In this document: in pieces, positions 25,761 to 38,183 of the stretch | Position numbering within the stretch: the stretch's first letter is position 1 | How the letters are laid out: every line of letters starts with the position of its first letter | Source: Octopus vulgaris | Taxonomy: Eukaryota | Length of the DNA: 64,000 nucleotides | Direction: 5' to 3' | Assembly (NCBI GenBank): GCA_951406725.2 | Contig: OX597817.1 | Location: 168,392,001 to 168,456,000, forward strand | Translations under genes and position numbers: made by a program | Notes under the pieces: generated by a model | The model's input: the letters and a program-made list of their open reading frames with translations, nothing else | Databases searched by the model: none | Told to the model about the DNA's origin: nothing

Positions 25761-26984
25761 TTTTCCCCTATGAACTTCACAGCATTATATCAATACCCCA
25801 CAGATTCCTTCAACTACTCTCTATCAATACCCTGCCCCTCCCCCCGATTCCTTTAACCCCCATCCCCACCCCCCACTCTGTTCCAAAGCTCTCCTCTATT
25901 ATGAGGTCACATTAATGCATCCTTGCAGATATGTCAGCCCAAACCTGACACTTCCATCAAACATCAATTTATTTCACTTTAGAAAACTCTTCAACTAATC
26001 TTTACAGTTTATTAAAAACAACGGAAACCAAATTTTGTTTTTCCTCTCTTCCACACAAAACTTTTATTCTGAAATCTTTGCCATTAGAGAACTAATCTCA
26101 TTGGAACTGTGCCATTTTTTTTTTTTTCCTTTCCATCCACCACCACCACCACATCTTTATACCTTTTCATCTTTCAAAAGCTACACACACACACGCATGC
26201 ACACACACTAGTAATAATAACAACAACCAAGCTCGTATGAGATTTCGTTTGATCATTTATTGAAGAAATAAATAGCAAACAACAGAGAAACAAACAAGAA
26301 ACAACAACCAAAAAAAAAAAAAGTAAACAAAATACAAAGCTAAAATGACGGAATGACATTTTTGAAATTAATTATTGTTTAAATAATGAGACTGACGAAG
26401 AAGTTGTGTTCGTTACACTTAGGTTTTGCTTTCCGAAAGGAGGGTTGAGCATAAAAAGACAACAAAAAACAACAAAAAAAACTACCAAAATACATATATA
26501 CATACATATTTATAAATACTACACACATACAAAAAAAACAAATCTGTTAATTGAAAATATGAGAAAAAATAATTAATTTATATAATGACACGAATGGGAT
26601 TGGCTGTATTTTATTTTGACAATTGTTATGTTTGATTAATTCTTTGTAAAGTACCCAACTCTCTCTTCCTTTCTCTTTCGCACACTTTTCCTCACTCTCA
26701 CTTTCTCTTACTCTCTTTCCCTCTGTGTACCACACCTGCACTTTCGCTGTCTCTCCACCCCCCGTCTCTCACTCTCATACTCTCTCCTTCTCTCTCTCTC
26801 TCTCTATGTCTCACTGTAAGATGTTTTATTCTGCCACCAGTTATTGCACACTCTTTTAGTCTTTGTAGCTCTACCAAAAGATATTTCTTAACTCTATTAG
26901 TCTGTATAGACACTATTGGTCTTCACAACTCTGCTTTTAATTCTTCCATGTACTTAGCTTTCCTCTATCTGTCCCTTATAATCC

Positions 26985-27955
26985 TTAACCCTTTCGTTAC
27001 CAACCCGGCCAAAACCAGCTCTGGCTCCATAGTACAAATGTCTTGTTTTCAATAGTTTTCAATTAAAATCTTCCACCAAACCTTAGTCACAATTTATGTT
27101 CCTAACACTAGCTGAATGATAACTAAGTTATTTTACTAAATTCTTTGTTATATTTAAAGTAATTGAAAGAAACACAGAATATGGTAACAAAAGGGTCAAA
27201 ATATATAATAGAGAAACAATTCTTAACCCTTTCGTTACCAACCCAGCCAAAACCATTTCTGGCTCTGTAGTACAAATGTCTTGTTTTCATAAGTTTTGAA
27301 TTAAAATCTTCCACCAAAACCTTAGTCACAATTTATGTTCCTAACGCTAGCTGAATGATAACTAAGTTACTTTACTAAATTCTGTGTTATATTTAAAGTA
27401 ATTGAAAGAAACACAGAGTATCTCAACAGAATATGGTAACAAAAGGGTTAAAATATATAATAGAGAAACAATTCTTAACCCTTTCGTTACCAACCCGGCC
27501 AAAACTGGCTCTGGCTCTGTAGTACAAATGTCTTGTTTTCATAAGTTTTGAATTAAAATCTTCCACCAAACCTTAGTCACAATTTATGTTCCTAACACTA
27601 GCTTAATGATAACTAAGTTATTTCACTAAATTCTTTGTTATATTTAAAGTAATTGAAAGAAACACAGAGTATCTCAACAGAATATGGTAACAAAAGGGTT
27701 AAAATATATAATAGAGAAACAATTCTTAACCCTTTCGTTACCAACCCGGCCAAAACCAGCTCTGGCTCTGTAGTACAAATGTCTTGGTTTCATAAGTTTT
27801 GAATTAAAATCTTCCATCAAACCTTTGTCACAATTTGTGTTCTTAACACTAGCTCAATGATAACTAAGTTACTTTACTAAATTCTTTGTTATATTTAAAA
27901 CTAATTGAAAGAAACACAGAGCATCTCAAAATAAATACAGTAACGAAAGGGTTAA
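26985..27955. mobile_element. Tandem array of 4 piggyBac-type MITEs
   Basis: Units start at TTAA 26985, 27223, 27475 and 27726. Each is TTAA-CCCTTT...AAAGGG-TTAA, separated by the spacer aatatataatagagaaacaattc. Confidence 0.88.
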
Positions 27956-28331
27956 AGTATTTCTCTTCTATCAGCTCCCTCTAAATTCATATACTATTTT
28001 TTGTTAATTAACACCATCATCATTGTCACCATCCTAATTACTATCATCATCATAATCACCATTATAACGTGCATGCTTTTCATTGTGTGCATAAATCAGA
28101 TGGAATTCATTGAAGCAGATTTTCTATGGTTGGATGCCTTTCCTGCTGCTAACCTTCATGTATTTCCCCATTGCCCGATATATTTGCATGGAAGACTAGA
28201 AACACAGCACCGCTTGTATGACAATGATTCACGTTTACAGCTACTGTGCGTTCTCAAGACAAAGAGACACAGATGTGCACACATAGCAATACACACACAC
28301 ACACACACACACTGAGCTTTTTTTAGTTTCA

Positions 28332-29301
28332 TATTTCTTTATTGCCCACAAAGGGCTAAACATAGAGGGGACAAACAAGGACAGACAAATGGATTAAGTT
28401 GATTACATCGACCCCAGTGCGTAACTGGTACTTAATTTATCGACCCCGAAAGGATGAAAGGCAAAGTCGACCTTGGCAGAATTTGAACTCAGAATGTAGC
28501 AGCAGACGAAATACCTATTTCTTTACTACCCACAAGGGGCTAAACACAGAGGGGACAAACAAGGACAGACAAATGGATTAAGTTGATTACATCGACCCCA
28601 GTGCGTAACTGGTACTTAATTTATCGACCCCGAAAGGATGAAAGGCAAAGTCGACCTCGGCGTTATTTGAACTCACAACGTAGAGGCAGACGAAATACCT
28701 ATTTCTTTATTACCCACAAGGGGCTAAAAACAGAGGGGGACAAACAAGGACAGACAAATGGATTAAGTTGATTACATCGACCCCAGTGCGTAACTGGTAC
28801 TTAATTTATCGACCCCGAAAGGATGAAAGGCAAAGTCGACCTCGGCGGAATTTGAACTCACAACGTAGAGGCAGACGAAATACCTATTTCTTTATTACCC
28901 ACAAGGGGCTAAAAACAGAGGGGGACAAACAAGGACAGACAAATGGATTAAGTTGATTACATCGACCCCAGTGCGTAACTGGTACTTAATTTATCGACCC
29001 CGAAAGGATGAAAGGCAAAGTCGACCTCGGCGGAATTTGAACTCACAACGTAGAGGCAGATGAAATACCTATTTCTTTATTACCCACAAGGGGCTAAAAA
29101 CAGAGGGGGACAAACAAGGACAGACAAATGGATTAAGTTGATTACATCGACCCCAGTGCGTAACTGGTACTTAATTTATCGACCCCGAAAGGATGAAAGG
29201 CAAAGTTGACCTCGGCGGAATTTGAACTCAGAACGTAAAGTCAGACAAAGTACTGCTAAGCATTTTGCCCGGCGTGCAAACGTTTCTGCCAACTTGCCAC
29301 C
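28332..29301 (-). mobile_element. SINE family A pentamer (about 185-bp tandem units)
   Basis: Five head-to-tail units joined at cagacgaaatacctatttc (as read on the plus strand). Confidence 0.88.
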
Positions 29302-29446
29302 TTCACCCAGCTTTTTTTAGTTTCTGTCTACCAAATTTATTAACAAGACTTTGGTTGGCCTAAAGCTATATTAGAAGACACTTGCCAAAAGTGTCACACA
29401 GTGGGAGGTGGATCTAAAGCCATGTGGCTGGGAAGCAAATGTCATA

Positions 29447-30064
29447 ACCACGTAAAAAAGCACTACCCGAATTGTGGCCGATGCCAGCGCCGCCTCGACT
29501 GGTTTCCGTGTCGGTGGCACGTAAAAAGCACCATCCGAATCGTAGCCGAAGCCAGTGCCGCCTCGACTGGCTTCCATAAAATGCACCATCCGAATTGTGG
29601 CCAATGCCAGCGCCGCCTCGACTGGTTTCCGTGTCGGTGGTACGTAAAAAGCACCATCCAAATCGTAGCCGAAGCCAGTGCCGCCTCGACTGGCTTCCAT
29701 AAAATGCACCATCCGAATTTTGGCCAATGCCAGCTCCGCCTCGACTGGTTTCCGTGTCGGTGGCACGTAAAAAGCACCATCCGAATCGTAGCCGAAGCCA
29801 GTGCCGCCTCGACTGGCTTCCATAAAATGCACCAATCCGACCGTGGCCGATGCCAGCCTCGCCTGGCACCAGTGCAGGTGGCACGTAAAAGCACCCACTA
29901 CACTCACAGAGTGGTTGGCGTTAGGAAGGGCATCCAGCTGTAGAAACTTTGCCAGATAAGACCGGAGCCTGGTGCAGCCTTCTGGCTTCCCAGATCCCTG
30001 GTCCTACCGTCCAACCCATGCTAGCATGGAGAACGGACGTTAAACGATGATGATGATGATGATG
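29447..30064 (+). mobile_element. RTE 3'UTR with an internal approximately 120-bp tandem expansion
   Basis: Three or more 120-bp units built on gtggcacgtaaaaagcacc, followed by the standard tail and (GAT)n. Confidence 0.8.
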
Positions 30065-33000
30065 TGTCCAATCCTTCGTCCCTTGAGCATTGATCCCCTC
30101 ATCCATCAAATTACCTCCTTACTCTTCCTCTGTTTTTCTCCTGCTGACATCAATCATGATCCATTCATGTTGAGCAAAAACCATGTTGCTCTCTCCAGTC
30201 TCTGAAAGCCTAAAAAGCCCAGAGTAAATCATAGGTAAGGCTGTATGGTTAAGAAGCTCACTTTGCAACCAGATGGTTTCAGGTTCACTCCTACTGCACA
30301 GCACCTTGGACAAGTGTCTTTTACTATAGCTCCAGACTGACCAATCCCATATGAATTAATTTGATGGACGGAAACTGTCAGGAAGCCTGTCATATATATA
30401 TGGGAGTGCACATGTGTTGTGCTCATTTGTGAATTTCTTATATCTTGATTTCATTATTCTAGTTTGTCCTTTGTTCATGTAAAGGACAAGGTGTTTGTGA
30501 ATTCATGGTTGGTGGGAATTGCTTGTTTTGGTATTGTTTCAATTTGTTCATGGTAAATTCATTACAGGCAATTATGACATTGCCTGTAATTTCATTGCAA
30601 ACCAATCTTTATTAAGTTTATCATTATGTCAAGCATAATAATAATTAATCATCATAAATTTTGTCCATGATTTCTTTTCCAACTTGGGTAACCAAGTATT
30701 ACTCCTACAGTAAAGCGCCTATCTCTGTCCATCTATCATAATTTAACCTCTCATCATCTTGTCTTGTGAGTTTCTTGTTGACCTCACTGGTGCTGGTACT
30801 ACAAAAAAGCACCCAGTACACTCTGTAAAACAGTTGGTATTAGAAATGGCATCCAGCTGTAGAAATCATGCCAAAGCAGACATTGGAGCTTGGTACCGTT
30901 CTCCAGCTCAGAAAGCTCCTGTCAAACCATCTAACCCATGTCAGCATGGAGAAAGAGACATTAAATGATGATGATGATGATGATGATGATTGCTTCTCAA
31001 TATTGAATGTTTTTATTTGCAGTGCAAATATGTCACATTTAATTAACAATGCAAAAGAAATTCAAAGATTAAAAAATCCTATCCTATAATCTGGAAATTT
31101 GGAGAAATCTTGAAAAAGGAATAATCAAAGAGATGATGTAGTAATAATAGAACAGCATATTGCTAGTGCAGAAATTCTTCATTGCAAAATGAAATATAAA
31201 GCTAATACTGCTGGAATTCAAAACATTGCCCATGAATATCGAAATTATGAAATACTGGATAATTTAAGAGGCATTCATCATAATTTGACTTTTTAGAATG
31301 TTTCTCGTTTCCTCTAATTACAGGTAATGTTAACTCATTACTGCATTTTTCTTTTTTCTGACTCTGTTTAAAACAACTTAGGTGTGTTTACACTGGAAGA
31401 ATTTAAAATTCTTTTTAGAAACTTTAATAAATATGAAATAAATTGTTTTTTTTCTTTTTAACAGTGGAACTCAAAAAATAAGAAGTTATAAATAATAGCA
31501 TGTAAAATATTGGGTTAAAAATCCCTTTTGTGTGGGGGGGGAGATAAAGGCTGCCCCTAGGACTTGAACCTACATCTTCTGTGAATATGACAGATTTACT
31601 ACCATTATACAAAACAACTCTTTGAATTTTCTCTATCAATTTTAGAAGCTTGCATATTGTTTACATTATGAGAATTTAAAAAAATTTTATTGAGACTGCA
31701 AGAGATATGAAATAAATCATTTTTCTTTTAACGGTGGAACTTGAAGTACATAAAGCTATTAATAATAGTATGTAAGATGGGTTAAAAAAAAACCTTTGGT
31801 TAGAAAAAAAAGTTGAAGACTGTCCATGGGACTTGAACTCACATTTGTGAATATACCAGATGTGCTACTATTATAATGTTCACAGATTACTAATACTCTT
31901 TTACTCTTTTACTTGTTTCAGTCATTTGACTGCGGCCATGCTGGAGCACCGCCTTTAGTCGAGCAAATCGACTCTGGGACTTATTCTTTGTAAGCCCAGT
32001 ACTTATTCTATCGGTCTCTTTTGCCGAACCGCTAAGTGACGGGGACGTAAACAAACCAGCATCGGTTGTCAAGCGATGTTGGAGGGGACAAACACGCACA
32101 CACACATACATGCATACATATATATACATATATACGACAGGCTTCTTTCAGTTTCCGTCTACCAAATCCACTCACAAGGCATTGGTCGGCCCGGGGCTAT
32201 AGCAGAAGACACTTGCCCGAGATGCCACGCAGTGGGACTGAACCCAGAACCATGTGGCTGGTTAGCAAGCTACTTACCACACAGCCACTACTGCGCCTAT
32301 TTTTTTCTTCTTCTCTTCTTTCTAAAAAAAAAAAAAAAAAAATGTTCACAGATTTTCAATCCAAGGTTTCTTTGTAACACAATATTCTACATGCTATTAT
32401 TTATAACTTCATCTACTTGTAACTCCATCATTAAAGAAAGAAAATGTGGGTTTATTTTTCCATGCATAGAAGCAAATGTGATATTAATTTTTATTAATTT
32501 TTTGCATCGTTGAATTTTTTTTTCATTGCTCATGAAATGTGACATATTTACTCTGAGAATAAAAGTTTTAATATTGTTTTGCCATGTAATGTATTTACTC
32601 TTTGGATAAGAAGCACTTAATGAGTTTACTGATGGTGTATTTGCGTGTGATATAATTCTCTTGTACTGAAATTATCAGCAATGTATTTAGTGCGATGTGA
32701 GTATGGTGTAATTATCTGCAATAAATTTACTGGATATCCTGGTGCATATCTCTGATATATCATTCTAGCTTGGCACCAGCGTGCAACTAGGTTAGGTCCC
32801 AGTTATAGCTGACTGGTAGTTTATAACCCTAGTACGATGTGATTATGTGTAGTGAGTGATGTCATATGATACAAGACGGTTTGTTAGATTACCTGATACA
32901 CTACTGAAAGTAGCAGTCAAGACATTATTCAAGGCATCACACAATATGCCAAGCAGATGCTTTCTTTTACATTGCAATCCAAAATAAGGTCACATGTTCC

Positions 33001-33243
33001 TAGGTATCAACCAATGATATCTAAGTATGCAAATTGTATGAATAGTCACATATTCCTAGGTACCAACCAAAGATAACTTAGGCACAGGCGTGGCTGTGTG
33101 GTAAGTAGCTTTCTTACCAACCACATAGTTCCGGGTTCAGTCACATTGCATGGCACCTTGTGCAAGTGTCTTCTACTATAGCCTCGGGTCGACCAAAGCT
33201 TTGTGAGTGGATTTGGTAGATGGAAACTGAAAGAAGCCCGTTG

Positions 33244-33282
<39 letters not shown>

Positions 33283-33513
33283 ATATGTTTGTGTGTCTGT
33301 GTTTGTCACCCCAACATCGCTTGACAATCAATGCTGGTGTGTTTACACCCTCGTAACTTAGTGGTTTGGCAAAAGAGATCTATAGAATAAGTGGTTTGGT
33401 AAAAGAGACCTAGGCTTTCAAAGAATAAGTCCTGGGGTTGATTTGCTCAACTAAAGGCGGTGCTCCAGCATGGCCACAGTCAAATGGCTGAAACAAGTAA
33501 AAGAGTAAAGGGT

Positions 33514-33850
33514 AAAGACCCCCTTCGGTCATGAATGACCATGGGATTGCACCTAGAAAGTTACCCTCCTAGACACAAGTCCGGGCAAGGTTGTTTATGG
33601 AAGACCAGCAGTTGCCCATGCATACCAGCCTCCCCTCTCCACGCCATCAGTGTTATCCAAGGGAAAGACAAAGGTCGATACAGCTTGGCACCAGTGACGT
33701 CGCAACTCATTTCTACAGCTGAGTGAACTGGAGCAACGTGAAATAAAGTGCCTTGCTCAAGAACACAACACGCAGCCTGGTCTGGGATTCGAGCTCACAA
33801 CCTCACGATCGTAAGCTCGACGCTCTAACCACTGAGCCATGCGCCTTCAC
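33514..33850 (-). mobile_element. tRNA-derived SINE inserted in the tail of a family B SINE
   Basis: Head gtgaaggcgcatggctcagtggttagagc on the minus strand. TSD aaaagagtaaa at 33499 and 33851. A relative lies at 39694-40030. Confidence 0.8.
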
Positions 33851-35489
33851 AAAAGAGTAAAAGAGTGCAAATTGTGTGAGGATTACTCTGTAGTCAGTAT
33901 TCTTTTCCCCTAAGCCGTCCTACCACCAGTATCAATCACAACCAATATGAATGTAATCATCATCATCATGGTCTTGATCATGTTCTACCTTGTCATTGAT
34001 GTTGATGATTTATAGATAAGCAAAATTGATTTTAGTTGGATTAAATAAAACTGTTTGCATGAATGTTGTCTGTTAGGATAATTCAGTTTGAACAGTGTGT
34101 GGGTGGCTTGGTGGATGGTACAGTGTGGTGGGGAAGAAGGCAGTCGTGATGGTGTAGGGTATGCTGATGGTTGTATGTAGGGAGGGAGAAGTGTAGAGTG
34201 ATGGGGTGTGTGGCAAAGTGTACTGGGGGGATTTAGTGATGGTAGATGGGGTGGAAGAAAGATTGGGTCTGATGAGAAGATGGAAGTAAAGAGGAAGACA
34301 AGTGCATCATCAACAGTAAAGATGGTGAGCTAATGTAGGATCCTGTATAGGACTGTATGACTTGTTAGAAAAAGCAGCCAGTTCCCCTTGAAAACATATT
34401 CCATTGTCTCAGAGAAGGACATGATGGATATTGGGGTTCTGGGTTCTCTCTGCACAAGAGAAAAAGACAGGATGGTCACAGATGGAATGCTTTTCATTAT
34501 CAGTCTGTTTCTTCAGAGTTAACCTGGGGCTAAACAACTGTAAAGGTATTTCTTATTTCTTTATTACCCACAAGGGGCTAAACACAGAGGGGACAAACAA
34601 GGACAGACAAAGAGATTGAGTCTTATACATCGACCCCAGTATGTAACTGGTACTTAATTTATCGACCCCGAAAGGATGAAAGGCAAAGTCGATCCTAGCG
34701 GAATTTGAACTCAGAATGTAACGGCAGACAAAATATCGCTAAGCATTTCACCCGGTGTGCTAACGTTTCTGCCAGCTCTCCGCCAGTAAAGGTATTTCTA
34801 ATAGTAACAAAACCAGCTATAATGAAAACAATACTGATTGCTGCAACAACCAGAATAACAATAAATAATAGTGACAATAATAACTACAACAACAATTACA
34901 ACCTCCACCTATGAAGTTTACTCGTCACCACTTCTTCCACCACCATTGCTAACACCAGCAATCAAAAGAAAGCTCCAGAAATGTTAGAAACAATTTTACA
35001 AAACCTTGCCACACTGTCATCACGCTGTATCTCACAGAATAAACCAGTGCAGAGTGTGATTCTGAAGCAGGGAAAGGTTTAGACACATCTGCAACATTGG
35101 ATCTATGGACATGTGTCCAGTTGACACTCCACTTTACAAATAGCTGATGAATCATCTTCTTGTTTGCTCAACCTGCTAGAAATAGCAAACAGATTTCTCT
35201 CAACCAGTTCATTAGTGTATATATTTTGGCAGGTAATTTAGTAGACTGTTCAGTCTAAGGAAGGAGAGTTCATTTCCCTGTAAACCTTTGGACACTATTT
35301 CAGAAACTTGCTTGACTAAACTGATGCATGCCTTTAAACCACACCAATGTAGCTAAAAGAGGATTCTGGTATTTGGGTTACAAAGTATGTCTATACAGGC
35401 AGGCTTACATGCAAGAGGGGTCATTTCACTGATATTGTGAGAAGTGGCAGTAATAACATAGGCCACTCTAGGAATTGGTGTGACACCAG

Positions 35490-35860
35490 TGCAAAATCAC
35501 CTCCCTCCGACAAGTCATCCTAACGAGATGTCTGCGTTGGCTGGGTTATGCCCTCCATCGTCAACCAGGAGAATTCATCTATGAAGCAATTGTCCCAGCT
35601 CCCCTTCAGGGTTGGCGAAAGCGATGTGGTGGACAATAAAAAACCTGGCTGATGACAGTCAGGGCTGATCTGGAACCCAACCCAGGTCCCCATATCTATG
35701 ACGTTTGCCGCTGGAATAAGGAGTGGTTGGAGATCATGCGGTCGTTAGCCTCAAATCGCCAGGTCTGGTCAGCGTTTGTAAGAGATGCAGCATTGAGGAT
35801 GAATGAACCAGCTCAACCCACCCCGGGTGAATGCTGTCTCAAGACAAGAAGAAGACGACT
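35490..35860 (+). mobile_element. RTE LINE 3' fragment of a second family (related pieces at about 44885-45100 and 52710-52885)
   Basis: LRWLGYALHRQPGE...GWRKRCGGQ*KTWLMTVRADLE...RWNKEWL..LASNRQVWSAFVRDA, followed by an (AAG)/(ACAAG) tail. Confidence 0.75.
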
Positions 35861-36447
35861 CTAGAAATTGAGCTACAGAGACACAGTGGGTGTTGCAGCT
35901 GAAATCTTAACTGACCAGTGGTGCAAATTTTCATTGTCTTGCAATACAGATGGATGCTGAAGATTTATGATGTGAGTGGTCAGTGGTGAATGCCCTTGTT
36001 TGTGGTGATAGCTACTGCTTTTACTGTATTAGAGATCACTGCTATTGATGCTTGTTTGTTTGTTTGTTTGTTGAGTGAAGCGGTCTTCGTCTCAGAGCTC
36101 GCAAGATCACGCCTCTGTAGTGGGAGAAGTCCGAAACGTGGTCCTTTGCTATTCGTAAGACCCGCAGAAGAGAAAGCAGGTCAACCCCCAACACCAAGAG
36201 CATCGCTGGATAGATGAATGCGCTTCCAGACTTAGCGGTTGCGTAGGAAGTCGGGGACAGGAAACAGAAAGAAAGAGTTCATGGAGCTTTAGGTGTTTTC
36301 GCTTAATAAACACACACAACGCCTGGTCTGGGAATTGAAATCACAATCCTCCAACCGTGAGTCCGCTGCCCTAACCACTGGGCCATTGCGCCTCCACTGC
36401 TGTTGATGCTCAATGTTAGCTGATGTTAGCTGATGTTATTATTTAAG

Positions 36448-38183
36448 TTAACCCTTTCGATACCAACCTGGCTGAAACCGGCTGTGGCTCTATAGTACAA
36501 ATGTCTTGTTTTCATAAGTTTTGAATTAAAATCTTCCACCAAACCTTAGTCACAATTTATGTTCCTAACACTAGCTTAATAATAACTAAGTTACTTTACT
36601 AAATTCTTTGTTATATTTAAAGTAATTGAAAGAAACACAGAGCATCTCAACAGAATATGGTAACAAAAGGGTTAAAATATATAATTGAGAAACAATTCTT
36701 AACCCTTTCGTTACCAACCCGGCCAAAACCAGCACTGGCTCTATAGTACAAATGTCTTGTTTTCATAAGTTTTGAATTAAAATCTTCCACCAAACCTTAG
36801 TCACAATTTATGTTCCTAACACTAGTCGAATGATAACTAAGTTATTTTACTAAATTCTTTGTTATATTTAAAGTAATTGAAAGAAACACAGAGCATCTCA
36901 AAATGAATATGGTAACAAAAGGGTTAAAATATATAATTGAGAAACAATTCTTAACCCTTTAGTTACCAACCCGGCCAAAACCAGCTCTGGCTCTATAGTA
37001 CAAATGTCTTGTTTTCATAAGTTTTGAATTAAAATCTTCCACCAAACCTTAGTCACAATTTATGTTCCTAACACTAGCTTAATGATAACTAAGTTACTTT
37101 ACTAAATTCTTTGTTATATTTAAAGTAATTGAAAGAAACACAGAGCATCTCAACAGAATATGGTAACAAAAGGGTTAAAATATATAATTGAGAAACAATT
37201 CTTAACCCTTTCGTTACCAACCCGGCCAAAACCAGCTCTGGCTCTATAGTACAAATGTCTTGTTTTCATAAGTTTTGAATTAAAATCTTCCACCAAACCT
37301 TAGTCACAATTTATGTTCCTAACACTAGCTTAATGATAACTAAGTTACTTTACTAAATTCTTTGTTATATTTAAAGTAATTGAAAGAAACACAGAGCATC
37401 TCAACAGAATATGGTAACAAAAGGGTTAAAATATATAATTGAGAAACAATTCTTAACCCTTTCGTTACCAACCCGGCCAAAACCAGCTCTGGCTCTATAG
37501 TACAAATGTCTTGTTTTCATAAGTTTTGAATTAAAATCTTCCACCAAACCTTAGTCACAATTTATGTTCCTAACACTAGCTTAATGATAACTAAGTTACT
37601 TTACTAAATTCTTTGTTATATTTAAAGTAATTGAAAGAAACACAGAGCATCTCAACAGAATATGGTAACAAAAGGGTTAAAATATATAATAGAGAAACAA
37701 TTCTTAACCCTTTCGTTACCAACCCGGCCAAAACCAGCTCTGGCTCTATAGTACAAATGTCTTGTTTTCATAAGTTTTGAATTAAAATCTTCCACCAAAC
37801 CTTAGTCACAATTTATGTTCCTAACACTAGCTTAATGATAACTAAGTTACTTTACTAAATTCTTTGTTATATTTAAAGTAATTGAAAGAAACACAGAGCA
37901 TCTCAACAGAATATGGTAACAAAAGGGTTAAAATATATAATAGAGAAACAATTCTTAACCCTTTCGTTACTAACCCAGCTGAAACCAACTCTGGCTCTGT
38001 AGTACAAATGTCTTGTTTTCATAAGTTTTGAATTAAAATCTTCTACCAAACCTTAGTCACAATTTATGTTCTTAACACTAGTCGAATGATAACTAAGTTA
38101 TTTTACTAAATTCTTTGTTATATTTAAAGTAATTGAAAGAAACACAGAGCATCTCAAAATGAATACAGTAACAAAAGGGTTAA
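36448..38183. mobile_element. Tandem array of 7 piggyBac-type MITEs (about 251-bp period)
   Basis: Units start at 36448, 36699, 36951, 37202, 37453, 37704 and 37955, with the same spacer as the 27-kb array. Confidence 0.9.

Noticed and set aside
28399-28956. Recurrent ORFs such as MITSTPVRNWYLIYRPRKDERQSRP and MLGGQTQT...ASFSFRLPNPLTR
   Set aside because: They are chance translations of SINE consensus sequences that recur at every copy.
29447-29890. Repeat-spacer-like pattern around gtggcacgtaaaaagcacc
   Set aside because: The intervening sequences are homologous to each other. It is an RTE 3'UTR minisatellite, not CRISPR.
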